Source of the DNA: Eledone cirrhosa
Lineage: Eukaryota
Length of the DNA: 64,000 bases
Reading direction: 5' to 3'
Assembly (NCBI GenBank): GCA_964016885.1
Contig: OZ024740.1
Coordinates: forward strand, 235,786,001-235,850,000
Shown here in pieces: positions 20,995-32,504 of this stretch. How positions within the stretch are numbered: position 1 is the first letter of the stretch; the number at the start of each line of letters is the position of its first letter. Made by a program: the position numbers and the translations under genes. The notes beneath the pieces are model-generated. The model saw nothing but the letters and a program-made list of their open reading frames with translations, did no database searches and was not told where the DNA came from.

Positions 20995-23150
20995 AAAAGC
21001 GACAGCCACCCTGACCACTAAAACAAGTGCCCTCTTCCAGTTATCCTTCTGCAATTTACAAGTGCATACTCAGAACAGGCCCAGTCTCTTGGGCCATGCT
21101 TACCATTCTCATCCACCTTTCAACAAACTGGTTGGAAGGTAGCACTTCACTCTCCACCCATATTTTTCTCAAGTGAAAACTGGAAAAATTAATCAGGGCT
21201 TTGATTGTCTTCAACCTTTTCAACTGTATTCACCACACAACCTCTTTTTCCATGCTCACCAGGAAGATAGAAACTGTCCTCCCTGGGTAAAGGAAGGTGG
21301 CAGGGGGATCTTCATGATGGTCTCTGTTGATAGCTGGATCTGTCCCACACATAACAGCAGGTTTTCAACATAAATCCACAAGTTAGCAATACTCTGACAT
21401 TGGATGAGTGCATGCAGGTTGGTTTCCTTGCCCTGTGTGCATCTCAGACAAGCCCGGCTGATGGCACTTCCATGCCTGTAGAGTTTATCTCAAACTGGCA
21501 ATGCTCCTTGGTAACTATGACATACCAGAGATTTCTGGAAATTATCCATGTGCCCTGGATCGAAAGTCCTCTGAAAAAGTGTGGCTAGTTAATTTTCAAT
21601 AATTGTTTCTACTTTAGGCACAAGGCCAGCAATTACCCAGTGCATTACTGGTACTTTATTTTATCGACCCCGTAAGGATGAAAGGTAAAGTCAACCTCGG
21701 CGGGATTTGAACTCAGATCGTAAAGGGACGTAACTATGTTGGAAAGCATGGCGTCCGACCCTCTACCGATACTGCCAATCCACATGCCCAGTGTCTCCCC
21801 AAGAAATGCATCACTTTTACCTGCCACTAACCCTATATAGAACACCAAAATAGAGTTTCCACCAATCATACTAACTGATTGGTAGAGGGCTGTGAGCACT
21901 TGAAGACATTTCCAAGCAATCCTTCTTGGTCTTCACTTGACCCAGGACTGCAGCTCCATCAAGATGTGTTGGGGAAAAGTGCATCTAGCAAATGGCAACC
22001 ACACCTCTTCACTATCAAGGAAAAGCAAGAAATATCATAGCCGCAGTGCATGTTTGCACATTATCAGCCATGGCATGCTCAGTACTTCACACTGCTGATG
22101 GATATCCTGACCATCGGAACACATCCCTTCCACAAGAAGCAAAAGAGTTCACACTCCAGTGCAGTCAGGTGGGGACCAGGACAAGGCATAATGGTCAGGT
22201 TGTAGTAGATAACAAACACTATGCATACGTTCACCACTTCTGCCTGACCATTTAGGGATAGTTTCCACTTGCCCCAATTCTGGGTGAGAGTGGTCACCCT
22301 ACTCATTAACTCATCCCAGTTTTTGTCCCTTTAGATGTCTTGACCAAACCAGAGCCCAAACAATTTAACCAGTCTCTCCATCTAGTACCTGACAGTGGTG
22401 TTGTATGGCATGGGCCTACACACCAGGTGATGAGCTGCAGGCCTACCAACTTTTCCTTGTTAATTTTTGCTTGTCACCTCTTCATATTTCCTGAGAACAG
22501 TGCCAATCACCTCAATGTGTTTGACACCACGATGGTGACATAAATAACATATGCTAATATGGATCACCCACATCTTTGTGCAGTACTGGCATGAGACTCA
22601 GTACATACAACAGGGACAAAAGGGGACAACTTTGGCAAACTAAGCACATGATACTGATCAGCTCCTTGAAGTGACCTTTCACTCTGACCACAGATCAGAG
22701 GTCACTGTGCAATCCACCCTTTGAAAACAGGTCCAAAGCCAGCAGCCTTGAAGACTGCTGCCAGGTATCGATGGCCAGCAGTATCGGAAGCTTTCAATTT
22801 ATCTAAGATAATCACGACTCCACTTATGCCAGGTTCCTTAGCTACCCTCTCTATGGCATAAGCTGAAGGTTGTTTTGGATGGATCTTTTCAGAATGGCAC
22901 ATGTCTCTCCTACCAGACCTACAATGACCAGCGCTACAGCGCCAACCTCATTGCTAGCACTTCAGCCAAAATTTTAAACTCTTCCTTTAGGCAGGTCGTC
23001 GAGGTATATAGTGAAATATTTCCTGCAATTCAGCTTGCCACTGTTCATGAATAGTTGAGCAAAGTGTTGCTGAAAAGCTGCACACATCTGCTTGGGATTG
23101 AGTAACATGCACTCATTGTGGTCTGCCAGTAACCAGCCTGTGACACCCTA
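20995..23150 (-). mobile_element. Degenerate L1/Tx1-clade LINE (RT and 3' region), interrupted by a SINE
   Basis: IILDKLKASDTAGHRYLAAVFKAAGFGPVFKGWI resembles LDQ.KAFDRV.H.YL..VL...GFG..F..WI; degenerate AYADDVT-like segment at ~22530-22560. Confidence 0.75.
21600..21783 (-). mobile_element. Meta-core tRNA SINE, full length
   Basis: AATTGTTTCTACTTTAGGCACAAGG...GACCCCGTAAGGATGAAAGG...CCGATACTGCCAATCC. Confidence 0.9.
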
Positions 23151-23429
23151 AGCTCTTACAATGCAACTTTCATGCTTTGTGTTGAAGAATTGCTATCCAG
23201 TCTGCACTGTAAAGCAGTAAGACTGGTGTCACGACAAAAAGCACCCAGTCCACCCTGTAAGATGGTAGTGCTGGAATCATAATAAAATGCTCCCAGAACA
23301 TGTTGTAAAGTGTTAGGAAGGGCATCAAGCCATAGGAACCATCAGTGCATGACAGCCCATCTAACCAATGCAAACATAGAAAATAGACAATGAATGATAA
23401 TGATGATGATGAATCAGTTTTCGCAGAAT

Positions 23430-23945
23430 ATGTCTACCAAGAGAAGTCTACTGTTGAGAGACATATTGTATGTAGTACAATAGGACAGTATGGTGCTTGT
23501 GTGTGAGGTATGATGCTGCATGAGAGTGAAATATGGACAGTGACTGCAGAGGACATGCATAGACTGGAGAGAATTGAAGCAGCCATGCTTCATTGGATGT
23601 GTAATGTAAATGTGAGAGAAAGGCAGAGCCTGGATGAACTGAGGGAGAAACTGAGTTTAAGAGAAATCCAAGGTGGTGTGCAGGAGAGAAGATTGTGTTG
23701 GTACAGATATGTGATGTGCATGGAAGATGATCGATGGCTGGAGAAGTGCCAGTGGATGGAAGCCACAGTAGAGGTAGACTGAAATAGAGCTGCGCAGAAG
23801 CGGTGAAAGCTGACCTCAAATTGCTGAAACTCACAGAGGAGATGACAAAGAAACACAGCAAGTGGAGAGATGCTGTTCTGAAAAGGACCTGTCCAACCCA
23901 CGTGAGCGTGGATAAATGGACATAAAAAGGATGGTGAGGAGGAGG

Positions 23946-23987
<42 letters not shown>
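23430..23987 (+). mobile_element. RTE LINE 3' fragment
   Basis: MLHESEIWTVTAEDMHRLERIEAAMLHWMCNV..VQERRLCWY; (GAT)n tail followed by (CAG)n. Confidence 0.88.
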
Positions 23988-24020
<33 letters not shown>

Positions 24021-24242
24021 CCAGTGTTGAAAGACACTGTGTTGGAATTAATGCTGTCCAAGTTATTTGTGAATCACCAAACCTTATAGCATAAACTATG
24101 AACTAGCTTCACTATATGAAACAACAACAACAAAGTAAAATCAATACCCAGCAAATATTGGAAGTTGTTGTTGTTTGTGAACTTATTGCTGTTTATTTCA
24201 GCAAGATTTGTATGGCTGGTGAGAATTTATTGATCAATTTTA

Positions 24243-24244
<2 letters not shown>

Positions 24245-24279
<35 letters not shown>

Positions 24280-24292
24280 ATTTATTTTTTGC

Positions 24293-24328
<36 letters not shown>

Positions 24329-24433
24329 GTTTATATGTATATATATATATGTATATATATATATATGTTTATATGTATATATATATATATATGTTTATAT
24401 GTATATATGTATATATATATATGTATATATATG

Positions 24434-24495
<62 letters not shown>

Positions 24496-24527
24496 TATAT
24501 ACATATATATGTGTATATATATATATA
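24245..24527. repeat. (TA)n/(TG) microsatellite
   Basis: Directly visible. Confidence 0.95.
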
Positions 24528-25169
24528 ATGGGTAATATATACAATATGGCAGAACCATCCAACCCATAGCAACACATACAAGTGGATATTAAATTGATGA
24601 TGCTGGCAAAATCATACACACATATTCTTCATGCATATACAACTCTTTCTCTCTTTCTCTCTCTCTCTCGTACACGCTCTTTCACATACACATATACATA
24701 GGCATATAGGTCTTTGATTAAAACCTTATCTCATTCATGTTATTTAGCCCCTAGCCAATCGTTGCAATATATAGAATTCTTTTGTTTTATCATGTTTCTT
24801 TGTTAGTTAATTTTGTGGTTGGTTTTTATTTGAATGTGAAATGTGTTATTTATAACTCTCAGAATCTTCTTATCGTTCTATAAAAAGTCATGTCTCATCT
24901 TTGATAGAAGAAAGTTTATTATGACTAAACTGTAGAGTATATGTGAGAAAGTGTTCAGTTACAACCTCACTTTCCATAAAGTTTGTCCCTTATCTATGAC
25001 AGAAGTGAATATTATTAAAGAGACACAGCTGTCTCGTATTAATAGGATGGGATCATCTTGAGTCTTACATAAAGTAATTGTCTTATTTAAGATGAAACTA
25101 CAGCAGTATATTTATGAACAAGACTATCCTTGACAGTCATATTTACACAGAGTTAATGTTTTATCTCTG

Positions 25170-27290
25170 ATCATCATCCTCATCACCTGTTTAAAGTCCA
25201 TTTTTCCACGCTAGCATGGGTTAGATAAGTTGTCCCATTGTGAGACAAGTCAGATCAGATGACTTTGTTTTGCTCATACAGAACTGTTTCTGGCTTGTAT
25301 TCTATGGCTGAATTCTCTTCCTAATGCCAAATACATTTACAGTGTGGACTGGGTGCTTTTTATCATGGCACCAAAACTAAAACTCTACAGTGTGGGCTCA
25401 AGTAGGGCTACTGTCCCTACAGATGGGCTAGGTGCCTGCATATTACTTACATATGATGCCACATTCTACCATGCATTTTATTAATACACCCACACTGGGG
25501 AGGATGTCATGTCTTTGTCACAACTTAAGGGTCCAGCCAAACCTTTGTTTGGAAAGCTTTCTATGACTGGATGTCTTTTCTATCACCAACCATTTTACAC
25601 TGTGTACTGGGTGTGTTTATTGTGTAGATTATCAATACTAGAGAGGTTGTTGCACTGTTGACCCAACTGAAGAGTCCTCATGACCCTTTTTGGCATGGTT
25701 TCTACATCAGCAGGGGGTGGATTTTCTCATTACCAGTCACCATACAGGGTGTACTGAGTGCCTTTTCGGAGCACCAGCAGGATAAATGTTGTTGGTTATT
25801 GTCCTAACTGAAGAGTCCTCTCTGTTCTGAAGTGGGGGAGGAGAGAGAGAAGGAAAATAAGTATGATGTTATGTATGTATGGCCAATGGCATGGAGGGTG
25901 GAGGTAGTCACATGTGTCAGGGTTTTTGAGAGGGGATGTAGTGAGAGTGAGAATAGCTAAAGTGTGGTAATGTGGAGGAGAGCTCAGATGAAAAGAATAG
26001 CTACTGTTAAAGTGTGTGTGGGGGAAGTGTAGTGATGGTGAGAATAAGGTGTGGTAGTGAGGGGATGCAGAGATACGGAGAGAGCAGTTACTGAGGACTA
26101 TATGCAGGGTGTCCTGACATTGAGAATAGTTAAGGAGTGATAATGGAATGGAAATGAATGAGGTGGGAGTGTACAGTGCCGGTGAAGGCGGCTACTAGGG
26201 ATTACTTTTGTTGAGGGTAGCTACTAAAGAGTTCTGGTGAAGAGGGATCATGGGCAGTGGGTCAGGTCATATTTTGTGCTAGTAAGCAGGTCTTCTCTAG
26301 TACAGCATGTTACCAATTCTCACAGTCCTTTTTCATCTCCATTGGGTGGTTAAACTTCTTTAGTCTGGTCATCACCACCTTATCCCAAATTTTCATGGGT
26401 CTGCTTCTTCCATGGGTCCCAGCCACTGAGATTTCTCTGCATTTCTTTATACAACAGTTATTTTCCATAGACATCACATGTTCATACCAACACAGTCTTC
26501 TCTCTTGCACACTACATCCAATATCTCTTATACCAAGTTTTTCTCTCAGCTTGCTTGCACTACATCGTTCATATCCACTAACATTACACATTCATCAGAG
26601 CATACTTGCTTCATTTCTTTTTAACATTCACAAGTCTTCTGCAGTCAAAGACCCATATTTCACTACCATGTAGCATTGCAGTATGCACACAAGCATCATA
26701 CAGTCTGTCTTTCTTTCTGAGAGAGAAGCCCTTTGTTGTTAGCAGGGGTACTAGCTCTCTAAACTTTTACCAGCTTGCTTTTACCCTGGCTATCACACTT
26801 CCAGAGTATCCTCCCTCACTGCTGATTTAGTCAGTTAGGTGGCAAAAGCTGTCCACAACTTCCAGTGAGCCTACCTGGTAGCTGAAGGAATCTATTTCAT
26901 GTGTGCATCTACCACATACAAAGTCTATCTTCTCTGTTAACTTGCCTATAAATGCACTATTTCTCTTGTGTGTCCATAGACTACACTGTGTGCACCTTAA
27001 TCCTTTAGCATTTAAACTGGCTGTATCCAGCCATTATTCTCTCACCTCTTTCTGTTCAAACTGGCTGCAACTAGCCACTCATACTGATGTTACAGTATTG
27101 TTCTCAAAATAAATAACTTCAAAATCTCAGAGATTCGATATTATGTGAGATAATTATGTAAGATAATGTCTTTACCACAAAAATATAATAGTATATATAG
27201 AGTAATGTTAATGCTAAAGAGTTAAGGAATTTCTGCCCATCTTTTTCTGTCATATTGAACAAGTCCACATCCCCGATGGTATCTTTACAA
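25170..27290 (-). mobile_element. RTE LINE 3' region (PHD-like finger, C-terminus, 3'UTR), interrupted by a piggyBac MITE
   Basis: KLREKLGIRDIGCSVQERRLCWY; WTCSI..KKMGRNS|LRCTQCSLWTHKR is split at TTAA; RTE tail at ~25170-25370. Continuity of the middle part is uncertain. Confidence 0.75.
27001..27221. mobile_element. piggyBac-type MITE
   Basis: TTAA duplicated at 26997-27000 and 27222-27225; TIR (T/C)CCTTTAGCATT / AATGCTAAAGAG; removal rejoins the RTE frame. Confidence 0.88.
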
Positions 27291-27619
27291 TTTCAAACTG
27301 TGGCTCATATGTTATATATATAAGTGGTTATAGTGAGATTGCATGTGAAATGTTGTCAAAAAATGACTGCCTCTTACATTTTCTACTAATTCATATATCC
27401 CACTCTATCATATGTATATTCATTTTAATGAGAAAAAACAATAGCCTGTGAGCTGTATTGTAGATTAGCATTATAACTGGTGGATATTGCATGTCCCATT
27501 TCATCCTACCATTAGCCTGGTGTGCCTCTTCTCCGGGATGTAATGGCTCTTTTCAGTCCCTGATTTTCAGACCCCTGCGCTAACAACTTTCCTATAGATA
27601 GCTATTGTTTGAAAGGGGA

Positions 27620-27820
27620 CTATCATCATCATTATTGTTTAACGTCTATCTTCCACGCTAGCATGGGTTAGACGAGAATTGTCCCACTTGAGGCAAGATT
27701 GATCAGGTAACCGTGTCTCACTTGTATAGGACTATATCTGGCAGGTTTTCTATGGCTGGATACCCTTCCTAACACCAACCACATTTACAGTGTGGACTGG
27801 GAGCCTTTTTACCGTGTCTC
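27620..27820 (-). mobile_element. RTE LINE 3' tail
   Basis: TTTAACGTCTATCTTCCACGCTAGCATGGG..GGCTGGATACCCTTCCTAACACCAACC. Confidence 0.8.
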
Positions 27821-28964
27821 GTGTCACATTACTACCCCAGATTTATGTGAGCCATACTTTAGTGAAGAAGTGTCTTGCAGACAGTTAGTGCAACTGTTCA
27901 CAGATGGAGAAATTTCTGACCCTTGAAATGGTGTTATAGCTATGTTATTGATGTTTATGTTAGTGAGGAAAAGTGATATATAGATGTTTTTGATGCCTTC
28001 ACACACACGAGTATAGGCATAAAAGGCATACACATGCACACAAATAAGGATACACATGTCTATATATGTGGGTATGGACGCAAACACACACACACATGTA
28101 TATATATATATATATCATCATCATCATCATATATATATATCACTTACAGACTCACACAGACACACATGGACAACCAATAGCAGAGACTAGGTGTTATGGT
28201 ATTTGGGAAGCTATATTGGAAATGCTTGAGCTTGAAAGCTATGAATACAATGTGAATGGTGTCCAAATGAAAGAAGCAGCAGTAACTGTTGATTGATTCC
28301 TTCCTTCACTGTCAGTAATTAAATAATCAATGAACTCAGAATATATCAAAGACTGTCGAAATTCTACCAATTTTTGGTGAACGGCAGAATCAATTTTATC
28401 AATAAGAATTGGTAAGGCGGAGCGGTGGAAAAAAGTAGAAGAAATAATCAAAACTAATAAAATATAGAAATACAGGAATAAGAAGTATGGAAAATTTTTC
28501 AATCTTGGTTGGTGGAGAACAGGAGAAGAATTATATTAAAATAACATTTATAAATAAGTATGTGTCTGAGGTGAGGAGGTAGGTTGTGTGTAGCATCATG
28601 GAGGCGAAAATCAGTGAGTTGATAGTGTTTTCTTAAAGTTTTTGGTTGTTCATAGTAACAGCCTATAACACATGAGCCTCAGTTTGAAATTGAACTCAGA
28701 TAGGTTTACATTTTAACTGGAATCAGTATATGTTTTTATTTTGTTGCAGGTATAAATATTGAAGTTTCTATGTCTTTCTATCTTGTGGTATCAATTTTAT
28801 ACATTACGTGTACTGATTGAGGAAGACTAGGCTGTTTAGAATATGTAGGGTGTGTAACTCTGTATGTACATGACTCTCTCTCTATCTCTCTCTATCTATA
28901 TATATATATATGCATATATATATATGCATATATATATATGCATATAGGTATATATATATACATC

Positions 28965-29336
28965 CAGGCCGAAACAAATGAGATCGTGTAGGTGTCACGA
29001 CAAAAAAACACACAGTTCACGCTGTAAATGAGGCTGTGTAGGCAACACGGTAAAAACCTCCCAGCCCCACACTGTAAATGTGGTTGGTGTTAGGAAGGGC
29101 ATCCAGCTGTAGAAAACCCGCCAGACAGTCCACGCTGTAATGTGGCCGTGTAGGCAACACGGTAAAAACCTCCCAGCCCCACACTGTAAATGTGGTTGGT
29201 GTTAGGAAGGGCATCCAGCTGTAGAAAACCCGCCAGACAGTCCTATGCGAGCAAGACAACCACTCTTGCCTCAAGTGGGAAAACCCCCGTCCAAACCCAT
29301 GCAAGCGTGGAACACGGACGCTAAACCCGATGATGA

Positions 29337-29340
<4 letters not shown>
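28965..29340 (+). mobile_element. RTE 3'UTR with internal 112-bp tandem duplication
   Basis: Near-identical to the reverse complement of 32520-32780; GTGTAGGCAACACGG at 29036 and 29148; (GAT)n tail. Confidence 0.85.
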
Positions 29341-29371
<31 letters not shown>

Positions 29372-29399
29372 TATATATATGCATATATATATGCATATA

Positions 29400-30658
29400 T
29401 AACACAGTAGTTTTATTTTTTAAGATATATTTATCAAACTTGGGTCAGTTTGTCTTCATGACTTGTTCTTTTGATCTCACTTGATAAACCCACCATTGGC
29501 TTTGATGACGGCCTCAAGGTGGCCTCGGAACCAGCTACAGGCCTTCGTCACTGTTCCCCGACTTAGGCCCCTAAAGGCACTTGTGATCCTGGCCTTCAGA
29601 TCGTCTTTGTATTGCAGCTAGATCTGTTGGTGTCTTGTTCCACTGCGCCCCACACAAAGAAGTCGAGGAGGTTGCAGTCAGGCGAGCTGGGAGGCCTGAT
29701 GTCAAGTGAAGTGTGGTCGGCAAAGTTCTCTGACAGCCAGGCTTGGGTCTTTCAGCTGGTATGGCAGGGTGCTGAGTCTTGCTGCTACACGTACGGCCTA
29801 CCTGCAGCTACATAGTCGATCCAGGGCTATACTACCTCGCTCAGAACGCGGATGTAGCCATCGGAGTTCAGCTTGAGGCCCTCAGGGAAGAAGTGAGGTG
29901 GTATGACGTCACCTTGACTGCTGACGACACCTAAGACCAATGTTGTCGCTGGAAACTTTGTCTGCATGACTCTGGGCACGTCTTTGGATGAGACAGCGAG
30001 CCACCTGTTGTTCTGGGAGTTGATCTTCTGGTCTTGGCAGAAGTTTTTCTCGTCGGAGAAAAACCACAGCATGTCTGGCTCCAGTGGGTGTTTCAAGTTT
30101 TGATCAGCTTCTTTGCATGCTTCAGTCGCTTTTCTTGCATCACCTTTGACAGAAATTGTCCTTTCATCATCTTGTATAAAACGTAGCGAATGTCTTCATG
30201 TACCACCAGCCTAATGAGCTTTTCATCCACACCTTTCTCCCTTGTGATGGCACGCATCGACTTGCTAGGTTCATTGTTGATGATATCCTGAACTTCAGCG
30301 ATGAACTCGGGCGTTCTGAAGGCGTCAGATCCTCGATCATGTGTTTTCCTCTTTGATGTTGCTTCGTAGTCGAATCCTGAATCTTCCAATTCCTTTCTGA
30401 CCTTTTCCACCATTCTCCTGCTGACACTGAGAAAGTCTGAAATTTCCTTACTTGTCCTCCCGGCGCGGATTCCAAGAAGAACTCCGTGTCTCTTCCACAA
30501 ATTTGGAGGTTCAAAATTATTCATAATCAATTATTCTGAAAATAAATAATGGAAATATAGTCACTGTTTTTATGGAGACAAGAGTGACAACGGAAGTAAA
30601 AAAAATTTGCATAAAATTAGCAACTTGAAAATTGCGAACAAATATCGTCCACACCCTG
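29400..30658 (-). mobile_element. Second DD37D (maT) transposon copy, one TIR lost
   Basis: Highly similar to 5820-7063; ORFs MIMNNFEPPNLWKRHGVLLGIRAGRT.. and WFFSDEKNF; TIR ..AAATATCGTCCACACCCTG ends at 30658. Confidence 0.92.
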
Positions 30659-30683
30659 TGTATATATATATATATATATATAT

Positions 30684-31030
30684 GGAGGCACATGGCTTAG
30701 TGGTTAGAGCATTGGCCTTGCAATCGAAAGGTTGTGAGTTCAATTCTCAGACCGGGTGATGTGTTGTTTCCTTGAGCAAGACACTTTTTTTCACATTGCT
30801 CCAGTTTACTCAGCTGTAGAAATGAGCTGATAGGGACTGGGATCCTTATCATTCCACTGTAAAGTGGTCGTGGAGGTGCCACGGCAAAAAAGTACTCAGC
30901 ACTCACTGTAAATGAGGTTGGTGTTAGGAAGGGCATCCAGCTGTAGAAATCAAGCCAGAATCAGTTCCCGTCCTACCCTTGCAAGCAGGGAAAAGGCGGA
31001 CGTAAGATGAAATGATGATGATGATGATGA
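30684..31030 (+). mobile_element. tRNA-headed SINE with RTE-derived tail
   Basis: Same family as 18425-18752; GGAGGCACATGGCTTAGTGG head, (GAT)n tail. Confidence 0.9.
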
Positions 31031-31138
31031 TATATATATCCAGGGAGTGTAATGCGAAGTTACTGTAGGTTTACCCAGGTGAGCCCTCGATATTTAGGTT
31101 CACATCAGTATCGAGGTGTAGAGCTAGACAGAGTGTAG

Positions 31139-31421
31139 TATAATAATACAAGGACGATTGGTTAAGCCTTCATTACATTTATCAGTTGGTGACATGTGTT
31201 TCGCTATTGATCAGCTCAAGGTTCGATCTGTATCGATCTGGCCTGACTCTGGAATCAAAAGCTCGTCAGACCTCTGTTGGAGTAATGGCAACAGAGGTCC
31301 GACAAGCTTTTGAGTCAGGCCAGATCGATACAGATCGAACTTTGAGCTGATCAATAGCGAATCGCATGTCACCAACCAATAACGTAATGAAGGCTTAACC
31401 AATCATCCTTGTATTATTATA
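31139..31421. repeat. ~280-bp fold-back element with a hammerhead in each arm
   Basis: TATAATAATACAAGGACGATTGG...GACCTCTGTTG mirrored by CAACAGAGGTC...CCAATCATCCTTGTATTATTATA. Confidence 0.92.
31188..31272 (-). ncRNA. Type I hammerhead ribozyme with intact core and enlarged stem II
   Basis: Minus strand: GGT-CTGACGA-GCTTTTGAT-(~45 nt)-ATCAATAGC-GAAAC-ACAT-GTC-ACC. All core nucleotides are present, with a GUC triplet and stem I GGT/ACC. Confidence 0.8.
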
Positions 31422-31523
31422 TCGAGGTTGACTTTGCCTTTCATCCTTACGGGGTCGATAAAATAAAGTACCAGTAATGAACTGGGTAATTGTTGGCCTT
31501 GTGCCTACAGTAGAAACAATTAT
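31422..31523 (+). mobile_element. Meta-core SINE, 5'-truncated
   Basis: GAGGTTGACTTTGCCTTTCATCCTTACGGGGTCGATAAAATAAAGTACCAG. Confidence 0.85.
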
Positions 31524-31551
31524 TATATATATATATATATATACACACACA

Positions 31552-31652
31552 CAGGATGTACCCCAAAAATGTATACACACTTCAACAACATTCTAATAAA
31601 TATTGCTTATACAGGTAATCAAAGTGTGTATACATCTTTTGGGGACATCCTG
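31552..31652. mobile_element. 101-bp Tc1/mariner-type MITE
   Basis: TIRs CAGGATGTACCCCAAAAATGTATACACACTT / AAGTGTGTATACATCTTTTGGGGACATCCTG followed by TA. Confidence 0.8.
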
Positions 31653-31679
31653 TATATGTATGTGTGTGTGTGTTCATAG

Positions 31680-31927
31680 AGAGTGAAAACAAATCTTGTT
31701 TTTTAATTTTTGGCAAAGCCAGCCATAAAATCGCTCAGTATGCAAATGATGCTAATCAGCCAATGTATACATTTGAGAATACTATTCTCAACAGTTCCAG
31801 TGAGTAGCAGTAACGAGCAGAATACACAATCTTGACAAGGAGCAAGACTCTCCGAAACAATCATCAATTATTTTCTCTCAGCTATATAGGTATCCACCAC
31901 GTTAAGAGTGAAAACAAATTTTGTTTT
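31680..31927 (+). mobile_element. 225-bp terminally redundant monomer with hammerhead-variant core (retrozyme-like)
   Basis: AGAGTGAAAACAAAT(C/T)TTGTTTT at 31680 and 31905; TTGACAA-GGAG-CAAGACT-CTCC-GAAAC at 31832-31858. Confidence 0.6.
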
Positions 31928-31932
31928 ATATA

Positions 31933-32503
31933 TCATCATCATCATCATCATTGTTTAACATCCATCTTCCACGCTAGCATGGGTCTGGATGGGAATTGTC
32001 CCACTTGAGGCAAGATTGGTTGTCTTGCTCGGGACTATCTGGCGGGTTTTCTACGGCTGGATGCCCTTCCTAACACCAACCACGTTTACAGTGTGGACTG
32101 GGAGGTTTTTACCGTGTTGCCTACATGGTCACATTACAGCGTGGACTGTGTGTTTTTTTGTCGTGACACCTACACGACCTCATTTATTTAGGACTGGATG
32201 CTGTGGTACCAACATAGCTTTACATTGAAAGGGGTGGTGTAGATGGTGGTGGGGTAGGGGTAGTGGGATGGGGGTGTATTTTGGTTAAGAAGTGCCTACT
32301 GACTGTAGGTTTCGCTTTGTACTTAGGCAAGGTGGGTCTTCTGTATTACTGCGTAGAGACAAAGATCTCGGTCCAGTGACATTGTCTTGGAGAGGTGTAA
32401 GTGTGTGAAGTCGGAATTTATCAAGTCATCCCAGGTTTTTCTGGGTCTGCCTACTCCGTAACTTCCATCTATTTTGATCGCCCTGCACTTTTTTATACAG
32501 CTA
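31933..32503 (-). mobile_element. RTE LINE short 3' copy in tandem with the longer copy
   Basis: Homologous to 32505-33095 (KCRAIKIDGSYGVGRPRKTWDDLINSD); (GAT)n tail at ~31933-31951. Confidence 0.88.
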
Positions 32504-32504
32504 T

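Noticed and set aside
23988-24019. (CAG)n polyglutamine-like tract
   Set aside because: Direct extension of an RTE (GAT)n tail, not within a gene
30684-30755. Apparent tRNA gene (also ~18425 and ~38912)
   Set aside because: Box A/B present but no proper acceptor stem or T-run terminator; continues into a SINE body
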